NCBI GenBank assembly: GCA_947311445.1
Contig: CAMZKV010000004.1
Coordinates: 5,364 to 69,363, forward strand
Reading direction: 5' to 3'
From: an uncultured Chlorobiota bacterium
GTDB taxonomy: Bacteria; Bacteroidota; Bacteroidia; Bacteroidales; JAADGE01
DNA length: 64,000 nt
Below are positions 56,143-64,000 of this stretch, in pieces (positions within the stretch are counted from its first letter, which is position 1; every line of letters starts with the position of its first letter). The notes below the pieces were generated by a model that made no database searches, was not told the origin of the DNA, and was given only the letters and a program-made list of their open reading frames with translations. The position numbers were made by a program, and so were the translations under genes.

Positions 56143-56195
56143 ATGCCAGTTGATTTTACCTGACACTTTTTCATAGTATGTTACTTTATGGCATA

Positions 56196-56226
56196 AAAAA
56201 ACTCCCACAAAATGTGAGAGTTTTTA
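56196..56226 (-). terminator. Terminator downstream of TPR lipoprotein gene
   Basis: ACTCCCACA-AAATG-TGAGAGT stem (one mismatch) with an A6/T5 flank. Confidence 0.65.
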
Positions 56227-56243
56227 AAAAATAATATCTAAAA

Positions 56244-58031
56244 TTATTCAACAACACCTCTGAAAGCAGATTTGTCGATAAAGTTCAAGAATTCTGCATC
56301 TTTTTTAGCATAATCTTTTAATTTGCTATCTTTTGAAATAGCTATTCTTAAATATTCAATAAGGTCATCAATTTTATTAGCCTTGGCAGCAGTTACTGCT
56401 TTTAAATAATAAAATAATCCATATTCGCTACTTCCTAAATTGTCTAATGTACTTATTGCACTATCATTGTCTCCTGCAAGAGTTAAAGCTAATGCTTTAT
56501 TAAATGAGTCGGATGAGAATTTATCAACAGCATCACTATATTTTCCTCTTTTGATTAAAATTACACCTTTATTATAAGGTAAACTTGGAGATTTGCAACC
56601 TGCATTTTCTGCTCTTTCAAAATAATCCCAAGCAGCATCAAGATCACCTTCTGCTAAGGCAAGTACTCCTAGATTGTTTAAAGCTGCAGGATTTGTATTG
56701 TTAGAGGAAAGTACTTTTTCAAAGTTTTTTCTTGCTTCTGAATATTTACCTTCTTTTGCTTGTATTGATGCTAAGTTATTCCATCCTTTCCAGTCAGTAG
56801 GGTATTTACTTGTATATGTTTTATATGCGTTTTCTTTATTGTTTCCTTCACTAATTGAAGCTGCATATATTAATTCTTCTTGGTATAATCCACCAGAGTT
56901 TCCTCCTGAAGATGCCATAGTTTTTAATTCATTATCAGATTTTGCTCTTCCTTGAAATTCAAATTTAATTTCAGAACGTCTTAATAATGGAAGTATGTCG
57001 TTTCTTAAGTTGTCATAAACAGCCGCAAGTTTTTTAATTTCTTCTTCTCTTGTGTCTGGGTCTGAATACATACTTAATACTCTTAATACTAAGTCTTTAT
57101 CTTCCATATTAGAAGCTGCAACTGCACTTTTGAATCCTTCCCAGTCTTCTGCTGGTGTAGTTTCGGTAATTACAAAATCATTATTTTGAAATTCAGAAAT
57201 TTCATCTTTTGAGAATTCTTTTTCAAAAGATTTTTTAGAGTTTGTTCCTCTTTCTGATACTAGTTTAGCATTTAAATCTTCTGGTCCGTCAGGAGATGCG
57301 TAACTTGCAATTTTAATAGATTTAATTTCTTTATCCGGATTAGTTGCTGCATTTCTTATTGAATTTTTAAGACTTTCAAGTTCTTCTTTATTAAGTTGGT
57401 TTTTGTTAACTCTAGATTTTTGAAGGTCAAAAAATAACTTTGCAGTTTCTGTTTCTAATCTTACTTTTGGTTTAGTGATAGGAACTTCTACAATTTGACC
57501 TAATGATGTGCCTCTTTTTAAGCCACCATCAATTGTCATTCCTCCGTCAACTAATTCAGGAGTAGTAATAATACCATCTGCAAGTTTAATTTCTGTTCCG
57601 TTTGCAGATTTACCTTTTTGAGTTGAAATTAAAAAGTTCAATTTTAAATCAGATGCTCTAAATTTAGGGTCATAATTAATTGTATCTTTAAAAGTAAAGC
57701 TACCTCCTTCTTTAAAACTAATAGTTTCGTAGTTATCTTCAAATTTCTCCCCTATTATTGTTTGAGTCTTAAACTTTACTTGTTCAGAAGAGCTAAAGTC
57801 TGAAACTAAAGAAGGTGTTATAACTAATTTTACTTTTTTACCAAAGTATTTTGGAGGGAATGTAACCTTTACGTCAATAGGAACTTTGCCTGCGTGCATT
57901 TCTAAAGGCTTAGGAGTAGTTTTATATTCTACGTCTCCTGCATTTTTTACCATTTTTTTCAATGGATTACAAGCTGTAAACAATACAGCTACTATTAAAA
58001 GTGATGAAAGAATAACTATCGATTTCTTCAT
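56244..58031 (-). CDS. Lipoprotein with C-terminal TPR repeats
   Basis: 595 aa; lipobox LFTAC; C-terminal TPR-like repeats (WNNLASIQAKEGKYSEARKNFEKVL, LNNLGVLALAEGDLDAAWDYFERA). Confidence 0.65.
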   Translation of the reverse strand: MKKSIVILSSLLIVAVLFTACNPLKKMVKNAGDVEYKTTPKPLEMHAGKVPIDVKVTFPPKYFGKKVKLVITPSLVSDFSSSEQVKFKTQTIIGEKFEDNYETISFKEGGSFTFKDTINYDPKFRASDLKLNFLISTQKGKSANGTEIKLADGIITTPELVDGGMTIDGGLKRGTSLGQIVEVPITKPKVRLETETAKLFFDLQKSRVNKNQLNKEELESLKNSIRNAATNPDKEIKSIKIASYASPDGPEDLNAKLVSERGTNSKKSFEKEFSKDEISEFQNNDFVITETTPAEDWEGFKSAVAASNMEDKDLVLRVLSMYSDPDTREEEIKKLAAVYDNLRNDILPLLRRSEIKFEFQGRAKSDNELKTMASSGGNSGGLYQEELIYAASISEGNNKENAYKTYTSKYPTDWKGWNNLASIQAKEGKYSEARKNFEKVLSSNNTNPAALNNLGVLALAEGDLDAAWDYFERAENAGCKSPSLPYNKGVILIKRGKYSDAVDKFSSDSFNKALALTLAGDNDSAISTLDNLGSSEYGLFYYLKAVTAAKANKIDDLIEYLRIAISKDSKLKDYAKKDAEFLNFIDKSAFRGVVE

Positions 58032-58072
58032 AATTTTATAAATTAAACAATTAAAATAATACTATTTTTTTA

Positions 58073-58080
58073 CAAAATTA
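58073..58080 (-). promoter_or_regulatory. -7 box for TPR lipoprotein gene
   Basis: TAATTTTG on the minus strand, 41 nt before the ATG. Confidence 0.45.
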
Positions 58081-58196
58081 AAAATGTTTTCAGTTATAAA
58101 AAAATATTTTGCTAATTTATTTATAATTAACACTATCTTTTAAAAAGAAACATAATATACTTGTTCTTTTTCAGCTGTTTTTTACCTATTTATTTA

Positions 58197-58204
58197 TACT
58201 TTTG
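58197..58204 (+). promoter_or_regulatory. -7 box for 58254..59728 two-gene cassette
   Basis: TACTTTTG, 49 nt before ATG 58254. Confidence 0.4.
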
Positions 58205-58253
58205 TATAGTAATTGGTTTTTTTAATATTTTTTTTCAATTTTTAAATTTATAC

Positions 58254-58952
58254 ATGGATATTTTAAAAAGTATTTTTGGTTCAAAAAAAAAGAAAGATAA
58301 TGCCTCTTTGTTTTATGAGAAAGTTTCTATTGCTTTGAACAAATGCAAGATTGAAAAAGATAAAGAAATTGAAAATATTTCTAATGCAAAAAAATGGGCA
58401 AAAGATGTAATTCTTGAAATTTTTGATGTGCCATCTGCTTTTTGGTATGTAGAATTGGATGAATATGAAAATATTAAGTTTCATGATAATAATCTTTCTG
58501 TTAGTTCTAAATTAGTCGAAGAAACTGATAAAGTGATTAAGCAATATAGAGAGCAAATTAAACTCAGTATTTCTAGAATTGATTTTTGTAACACTGTAAT
58601 TGCTGAATATGAAGATATTATAGAAAGGTATAAAAAGGCTCTTAGTCGAATAAATCAATTAAAAGATGATAAACGAAAGATTCATATTTTAAATAAACAT
58701 AAAATGATAATTTCTAAGATGCAATCAAAAACAGGAAACTTCGAAGAAATATTTGATGAAACAGGAACTCTTGATTCTTTAAATGATGATATTCAGAAAA
58801 TTGAAGATGATTTTAAAATTAAACAAGAGGTTACTGAATATATTGCTGATTTAGATAAGGAATTTTCTGCGGATGTTGATAATTTTGATAGTCTTCCAAT
58901 AAGAAAAGAAATTGAAAAAATAACTTCTGATATTAAAAAAATAAAAATTTGA
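58254..58952 (+). CDS. Hypothetical coiled-coil protein
   Basis: The ORF track starts at TTG 58161, but 58197-58204 is a TAnnTTTG box, so I prefer the ATG at 58254 (MDILKSIFG...). Lys/Glu/Asp-rich and helical; no motif recognised. Confidence 0.45.
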   Translation: MDILKSIFGSKKKKDNASLFYEKVSIALNKCKIEKDKEIENISNAKKWAKDVILEIFDVPSAFWYVELDEYENIKFHDNNLSVSSKLVEETDKVIKQYREQIKLSISRIDFCNTVIAEYEDIIERYKKALSRINQLKDDKRKIHILNKHKMIISKMQSKTGNFEEIFDETGTLDSLNDDIQKIEDDFKIKQEVTEYIADLDKEFSADVDNFDSLPIRKEIEKITSDIKKIKI

Positions 58953-59728
58953 GTTCGTCTATTTCATATAAAAAACTTGCAAAACTATTTGGACTTCAAA
59001 AGGATAGGGAAGATTTGATATCAATATATTTTAACGAAAGAGATAATTGGGAGTCTCATTTGCAGAATACAAAATCTTTTATTTTAAGGTCTGCTAAAAA
59101 TAAAAAGAAACGTACAGCTGTTATACTTGGAAGTGGTTGGTGGTTAGATATGCCACATGAAGAGCTTTCTGAAATGTTTAATAAACTTATTTTAGTTGAT
59201 ATTTCACATCCAAACCAAATTAAACATAAAGCTAAAAAATACAATAATATTGAATTAATTACTGCTGACATATCCGGTACACTTAAATCTATTTATGAGA
59301 TTAAAAGAGGAGGAAAAAAATTTTTAGCTCCTGAGGATTTTATAGTTGAGACTAACAATTTTGGATTGAAAAAAAGAATTGAAGCTGATTTTATAGTTTC
59401 TTTGAATATTTTAAATCAGCTTTCTTTTTTTGCTAAAAAATATTTAATAGGAAATGATATATTGTCTAAGAACGAGGCAAATATTATTGCTCAGATGATT
59501 GAGCAAAAACATATTGAAAGCTTAGCTAAAAATAAGTCTTGTTTAATTGTTGATTATTTGCAATTTGAATATGACAGTGATAATAATTTACTAAGTGAAA
59601 GTAATAGGCTTAAAACTGACTTACCAAAAGATAAAATAAAAGAAGAATGGATTTGGGATTTTGATTTGTCGGGAAATTTTATAAAAAACAGAATTGTTAA
59701 ATTTAAAGTCGCTGCTCTACAAGTTTAA
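58949..59728 (+). CDS. Hypothetical protein, Rossmann/methyltransferase-like pattern
   Basis: 259 aa; TTG start overlapping the upstream stop (TTGA). RTAVILGSGWW followed by LILVDISH resembles class I SAM-methyltransferase motifs I and II. This is a weak call. Confidence 0.4.
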   Translation: MSSSISYKKLAKLFGLQKDREDLISIYFNERDNWESHLQNTKSFILRSAKNKKKRTAVILGSGWWLDMPHEELSEMFNKLILVDISHPNQIKHKAKKYNNIELITADISGTLKSIYEIKRGGKKFLAPEDFIVETNNFGLKKRIEADFIVSLNILNQLSFFAKKYLIGNDILSKNEANIIAQMIEQKHIESLAKNKSCLIVDYLQFEYDSDNNLLSESNRLKTDLPKDKIKEEWIWDFDLSGNFIKNRIVKFKVAALQV

Positions 59729-61094
59729 TTCTTTTTTTATATATACGCCATAATAAAATGGCAGAGATGAAAAAAGAAATAACAATTACTGGGATTAAAA
59801 GAATAACATCTGTGCTTCCAAGCTTGTAGCCAACTACTTTTGCAATAGATTTAGAAATGTTTGTAAAACCTAAAATCATTGTAATCCATAAAACAAAACT
59901 CATTAAAACATTTGAAATCCAACCATTAAGGTTCTTTTCTCCAATTATTTCCGGGTCATTTACAACAGAAATTAGAAATACTGCTATTAAAGGTAGTATA
60001 AGTCCGTTAAATGCTTGTGCAATAATTATTGCAGGAATTGGTTTAACTTTCATAAAACCAAAAAATAAACCAACAGCTAAAACACCTGCAATTACAAGTT
60101 TAAAATATAATTTATTTGAAGCCCACTTTTTTTTGTTATTTTTATTTACAAACAAACTTTTTGCAGTGATAGCGGATGCTAACGGGGAAGTAACTGCAGA
60201 AGAAAATCCGGCAGCAAACATTCCAAATCCAAAAATATAAACTGCAAACATTCCAATTTCATTTTTTAAGTGCTTTGTTAGAATAGAGAACCCTTCTTTG
60301 CCAAAGTTGATATTTGATAAGAAATTTGCTTTTTCTGTTTCGCTCATTGCTTCGGTAACTGAATTTCCAACACCCATAATTGACATTGAAATTATTCCGC
60401 CCAATATAATTGCAAAAGCAAGTCCAAAACGCATATCTTTTATTGATTGCTTTTTATTTAATGCTCCTGAACCAAGAAATAAATCGTATGGGATTACTGT
60501 TGTTCCAATTAAAGCCATAACTAAAAATGCGGCACCTGTTCCGTCTGGTATAATTGGGACAACACTGCCATGAATTACTTCTCCCCAGTTTGGTTTCAAA
60601 GAAAGTGAAGTAAAGAAGAATGCTCCTCCCATAAAAAAAACAACTAATCCCATTAATCTGGCAATAGTATGGACAGAATCAAGAAGGAAAATTAAAATTG
60701 CAAGTCCTCCAATTGCAGCAACAAAAACGTAAGAAGGAAAATCAAAAATCATTTTAAGACCTTCAACTGCTCCAAGAATATTGCCTGTTTCATATGCTGC
60801 ACAACCTAATACAATTGCAACAATTACAATAAAAAGTACTAATGTTTTACTAGATTTACCTTCAAATTTTTTTGCTATTGCTTCACCTAGGTTTAACTTG
60901 CTTTGTATTGCTAATCTAGCACTTGCTTCTTGTAGTAATAATGCTGCAAATGTTGAAAAAACTAATGCCCATAATAATTCAAAGTTATAAAAAACACCAG
61001 CTTTTGAGGCAGTTGTTATTGTACCTGGACCAATAAAAGCAGCTGAAACAACTGACCAAAAAAGAATGCTTAGGATTCGCTTTTTTATTGACAT
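59703..61094 (-). CDS. NRAMP-family divalent metal cation transporter
   Basis: 463 aa; 11-12 TM helices; N-terminal AAFIGPGTITTASKAG block. Confidence 0.7.
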   Translation of the reverse strand: MSIKKRILSILFWSVVSAAFIGPGTITTASKAGVFYNFELLWALVFSTFAALLLQEASARLAIQSKLNLGEAIAKKFEGKSSKTLVLFIVIVAIVLGCAAYETGNILGAVEGLKMIFDFPSYVFVAAIGGLAILIFLLDSVHTIARLMGLVVFFMGGAFFFTSLSLKPNWGEVIHGSVVPIIPDGTGAAFLVMALIGTTVIPYDLFLGSGALNKKQSIKDMRFGLAFAIILGGIISMSIMGVGNSVTEAMSETEKANFLSNINFGKEGFSILTKHLKNEIGMFAVYIFGFGMFAAGFSSAVTSPLASAITAKSLFVNKNNKKKWASNKLYFKLVIAGVLAVGLFFGFMKVKPIPAIIIAQAFNGLILPLIAVFLISVVNDPEIIGEKNLNGWISNVLMSFVLWITMILGFTNISKSIAKVVGYKLGSTDVILLIPVIVISFFISAILLWRIYKKRIKLVEQRL

Positions 61095-61114
61095 AAAAAG
61101 ATTTTACAGGTATG

Positions 61115-61122
61115 CAAATATA
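61115..61122 (-). promoter_or_regulatory. -7 box for NRAMP transporter gene
   Basis: TATATTTG on the minus strand, 20 nt before the ATG. Confidence 0.5.
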
Positions 61123-61313
61123 TAACTTTATCTTTAATTTAGAGGTCTTTATGTGTAATTTTGTCTTTGAAATTCAAGAAATAATGAGTTTATATTTGCT
61201 TTATGTGTTAAAACGTTCTAATACGTACTCAAACAATAGTTATAAAATTGTCAGTAATTAAATCCAATTTCTTAGGGTTTATTATTTCTTAGAAACCTTA
61301 TTTTTTTTTAGAG

Positions 61314-61820
61314 CTATTGATTTAAATATAATCGCATATGTTCAATTAAATCTTTACAATTATTTTTTGTATCTTTATCATGTAGATATTTTATGATTTC
61401 ATCAACAGGCTTTTTTCTTTGTATCCAATCTCCGGAGATTATTTTTTGCGGTTCATTTCTTCTTTTATAAATAAAAGCATATTCAACATCTTCTAAACTA
61501 ATTTTTTTATCTTTATCTTCTATCTTCCATATAGGAGTTATGTTCAAATCATATCCTTTCGGAAATTCTCTGGATGTACTTTCCAAATGGTCAATTCTGA
61601 GAAGCCCTTGCAAATCCATAAAATAAACTTCGCCTATTGTAATAGCTTTTTTATCGTTAAAATTTATATATGCACTTCCAAGCTCTGATTTCATTAATTG
61701 ACCTTTTGTGTAATATTTACCTAAATATTTACTGCCTCCCATATAATAATCAAGTCTTCCGCCTTTTCTTAATGTTCCGAAAACAAAGACTTTAATTGGA
61801 AAATTATTATTATTTATCAT
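61314..61820 (-). CDS. Gamma-glutamylcyclotransferase (AIG2/GGACT-like) family protein
   Basis: 168 aa; VFVFGTLRKGG N-terminal motif and IGEVYFMD (catalytic Glu context). Confidence 0.7.
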   Translation of the reverse strand: MINNNNFPIKVFVFGTLRKGGRLDYYMGGSKYLGKYYTKGQLMKSELGSAYINFNDKKAITIGEVYFMDLQGLLRIDHLESTSREFPKGYDLNITPIWKIEDKDKKISLEDVEYAFIYKRRNEPQKIISGDWIQRKKPVDEIIKYLHDKDTKNNCKDLIEHMRLYLNQ

Positions 61821-61827
61821 TAATGTT

Positions 61828-61835
61828 TACTTTTG
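61828..61835 (+). promoter_or_regulatory. -7 box for LOG-family gene
   Basis: TACTTTTG, 33 nt before ATG 61869. Confidence 0.5.
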
Positions 61836-61868
61836 TTGTTTAAAATTGCAAGATATAATATAAAGATA

Positions 61869-62450
61869 ATGAAAAAAAATATTTGTGTATTTTGTTCATC
61901 AAGTGATGTAATTGACAGGGTATGTTTTGAAGCTGCTGAAAAATTGGCATTAAAAATAGCTAAAAACAACAAGACTCTTGTATTTGGAGGAGCAAATGTT
62001 GGGCTCATGAGAAGAATGGCTGAAGTTGTTAGCAAAAATAATGGTTCATCAATTGGAATTATTCCTCAAAGAATTTTAGATAGTAATCTTGCATGTAAAT
62101 TAGTTGATGAATTAATTGTTACCAAAGATATGTACACACGTAAAGCAAAATTAGCAGATTATGCTGATGCTTTTATTGCTCTTCCGGGAGGCTTTGGAAC
62201 TCTTGAAGAACTATCGGAAGTTATTACGCACAAGCAACTTGCATATCATAACAAAGCAATTGTAATTTTAAATATTAATGGATTTTATAATAATTTAATT
62301 AGTTTTTTTGAAACACTTTATACCCAAAAAGTAGCTAAAGCCGATTATAGGAAAATATATTACCTTGCTAATACTGTTGATGATGCTTTTGAGTATATTG
62401 AAAACTATAAACCGAAAAAACAAGTTAGTAAGTGGTTTAAGAAAAAATAG
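61869..62450 (+). CDS. LOG family (TIGR00730) nucleotide phosphoribohydrolase
   Basis: Motifs VFGGANVGLM and LPGGFGTLEEL. Start moved from TTG 61833 to ATG 61869 (MKKNICVFCSSS), because 61828-61835 is a TAnnTTTG box. Confidence 0.85.
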   Translation: MKKNICVFCSSSDVIDRVCFEAAEKLALKIAKNNKTLVFGGANVGLMRRMAEVVSKNNGSSIGIIPQRILDSNLACKLVDELIVTKDMYTRKAKLADYADAFIALPGGFGTLEELSEVITHKQLAYHNKAIVILNINGFYNNLISFFETLYTQKVAKADYRKIYYLANTVDDAFEYIENYKPKKQVSKWFKKK

Positions 62451-62599
62451 GCTATATCACGAATTTAAAGGGAAAATTAAAACTTAATATAAATAATATT
62501 TATAAAATTGTTTTAAATTATATAATTATGGAACAATTTTTAGAATACTGAATAAAATGTTATCCACCAAAGTAAAAATAGAACCAAATAAACAATTTA

Positions 62600-63214
62600 A
62601 TGCAAGATACAAATTATTCATCAAAACTACTAAATAATGCAGTTGCAGAATTTGCAAAACTCCCGGGTATAGGTAGCAAAACTGCTCTTAGGCTTGTGCT
62701 CCATCTACTAAAAAAAACAGAAGAAGATGTTGTGATATTTGGCGAAACAATGATTGAACTAAAAAAAAATATCAAGAAATGTAAAGTTTGTAAAAACGTT
62801 TCTGACCATGATATATGTGAAATTTGTAATAATGATGAAAGAAATAACGAACAGATTTGCATTGTTGAAAACATAAATGATGTAATTGCAATTGAAAAGA
62901 CCAGGCAATATAATGGTCTTTACCATGTTCTTGGAGGGTTAATTTCTCCTATGGATGGTATTGGACCAGACAGTTTGGAAATTGAAACTCTAATTGAACG
63001 AATTGGTAAACAACAAACCGAGGAAATAATATTTGCTCTAAATACGACACCCGAAGGAGATACAACCAATTATTATTTGCATAAAAAAATTTCAAATTTC
63101 AATATAAAAATAACAGCTCTTTCACGTGGAGTTTCAATTGGTAGCGAACTTCAATATACCGATGAAATAACTTTGGGAAGATCAATTGTTAATAGAATAC
63201 TTTTTGAGAACTAA
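62600..63214 (+). CDS. recR: Recombination protein RecR
   Basis: 204 aa; HhH LPGIGSKTALRL; C4 zinc finger CKVCKNVSDHDICEIC; Toprim region. Confidence 0.95.
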   Translation: MQDTNYSSKLLNNAVAEFAKLPGIGSKTALRLVLHLLKKTEEDVVIFGETMIELKKNIKKCKVCKNVSDHDICEICNNDERNNEQICIVENINDVIAIEKTRQYNGLYHVLGGLISPMDGIGPDSLEIETLIERIGKQQTEEIIFALNTTPEGDTTNYYLHKKISNFNIKITALSRGVSIGSELQYTDEITLGRSIVNRILFEN

Positions 63215-63246
63215 TTTTGCAAATAAGATAATTTTAATATTTTAAA

Positions 63247-64000
63247 ATGAATGTATTAAGCCCAGTTTTAAGGGAATCTCCTGTTCAGAAAATAACTTTT
63301 AAAGGAAGGAAGTATTGGCTTAAAAGAGACGATTTAATAAACCATTATTTTAATGGGAATAAAGCAAGGAAGTTTCAATACTTTCTTGAACAAGATTTGT
63401 CACAATATAAGACAGTTGCGTCATACGGTGGCAACCAATCAAATGCTATGTATTCTTTATCAGCTTTTGCAAAAATAAAAGGACTTAAGTTTGATTATTA
63501 TTTGAAGCAAATTCCAAAATGGCTTAAGGAAAACCCTGTAGGGAATTTTAAAGCTGCATTAGATATGGGAATGAATTGCATTGAACTTGAAGATTATGAG
63601 AGTTTTTTTCAGAAAATGTCAATCCCCCAAAAAACATATCATAAACTTGGAAAAGATACTTTGCTTATTAGGCAGGGTGGGGCAGAAGCAGAGGCAGAAT
63701 ATGGTGTAAAAATTCTTGCTGATGAAATTAATGCTTTCGCAGAAAAAAAAGGAATAAAAAAGTTGTCAGTTTTTATTCAGTCGGGTACAGGAACAACAGC
63801 CGTTTTTTTACAAAAACATCTTAACTATAAGGTTTACACTACACCAAATATTGGGGATAGTGAATATTTACGTAAACAATTTTCTCTTTTAGTTGAAAAC
63901 GAAAAACTTCATCCAACAATTATTGAAAGCCCAAAAAAATATCAATTCGGAAAATTATATCCTGAATTTTATAATATTTGGAAAGAAATAAATCAAGAAA
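63247..64000 (+). CDS. ACC deaminase/D-cysteine desulfhydrase family PLP enzyme (C-terminus beyond window end)
   Basis: Open-ended frame from ATG 63247. WLKRDDLINHYFNGNKARKF (PLP-lysine region) and SGTGTT glycine loop. Confidence 0.7.
   Translation, partial: MNVLSPVLRESPVQKITFKGRKYWLKRDDLINHYFNGNKARKFQYFLEQDLSQYKTVASYGGNQSNAMYSLSAFAKIKGLKFDYYLKQIPKWLKENPVGNFKAALDMGMNCIELEDYESFFQKMSIPQKTYHKLGKDTLLIRQGGAEAEAEYGVKILADEINAFAEKKGIKKLSVFIQSGTGTTAVFLQKHLNYKVYTTPNIGDSEYLRKQFSLLVENEKLHPTIIESPKKYQFGKLYPEFYNIWKEINQE

Noticed and set aside
3734-60990. Numerous 60-185-aa ORFs in the supplied track that lie antisense to, or out of frame within, long well-supported genes. Examples: 3734..3934, 4843..5115, 5125..5400, 7151..7417, 10932..11390, 20016..20231, 21525..21830, 23441..23749, 35418..35720, 37883..38440, 45063..45485, 49686..50150, 54075..54413, 55879..56163, 59857..60240, 60298..60573.
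   Set aside because: They are fully embedded in genes with clear family motifs. Their translations are low-complexity (F/L/I/S/K-rich), as expected from the reverse strand of AT-rich coding DNA. They have no promoter boxes or signal features. I treat them as frame noise.
62560-62568. A DnaA-box-like TTATCCACC upstream of recR. Together with the parAB and rsmG genes in the window, this hints at origin proximity.
   Set aside because: It is a single imperfect box. There is no cluster of boxes, no dnaA or dnaN gene and no AT-rich unwinding element. The evidence is insufficient for an origin call.
1-64000. I looked for CRISPR arrays, rRNA genes, integrases, transposases, phage modules, restriction-modification genes and known defence genes.
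   Set aside because: I found no regularly spaced direct repeats of 25-40 bp. I saw no rRNA-like conserved stretches, and no ORF with recombinase, DDE, nuclease or methyltransferase-REase hallmarks. The only mobile-element signal is the MITE at 27164-27356.

Overview
This is an AT-rich (roughly 30% GC by eye) chromosomal segment of a Bacteroidota bacterium. The evidence for that is the parA-parB-DUF5683 arrangement, a PorP/SprF gene, a protease with a T9SS C-terminal sorting domain, GLPGLI and CarboxypepD_reg/plug/barrel outer-membrane genes, a DUF4105 (Lnb-type) gene, and TAnnTTTG -7 promoter boxes 7-61 nt upstream of many starts. I call about 53 protein genes and one tRNA-Arg(ACG). I saw no rRNA, CRISPR array, integrase or transposase gene. 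Most of the window is housekeeping: pepA, pdxA, rsmG, aroB, queA, mgtE, htpG, rpoN, add, recR, proline dehydrogenase, LOG and NRAMP. The stand-out region is 27.1-41.4 kb. It holds a 193-bp MITE with CAGGG ends and a 10-bp target duplication, two membrane PP2C/SpoIIE sensor phosphatases, and a SiaB-like GHKL kinase fused to a degenerate copy of itself. It also holds a divergent envelope locus: a two-block Ig-like secreted protein and a MORN protein on one side, and TPR-PP2C, two paralogous small secreted beta proteins and a 1191-aa barrel/OmpA protein on the other. I read this locus as a candidate undescribed surface-structure or assembly system wired to a Sia-type partner switch. The matching DUF1987 (SiaC-like) gene sits 12 kb away beside rpoN/htpG, and no diguanylate cyclase is present in the window. 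Other notable signals are helically phased GTTAATG repeats in the divergent promoter of a two-component/GLPGLI module, an 8-bp tandem and inverted repeat between the kinase and regulator genes, and a G10 tract inside the Ppx/GppA ATP-binding motif. All functional calls rest on motif recognition by eye; no searches or computations were run.
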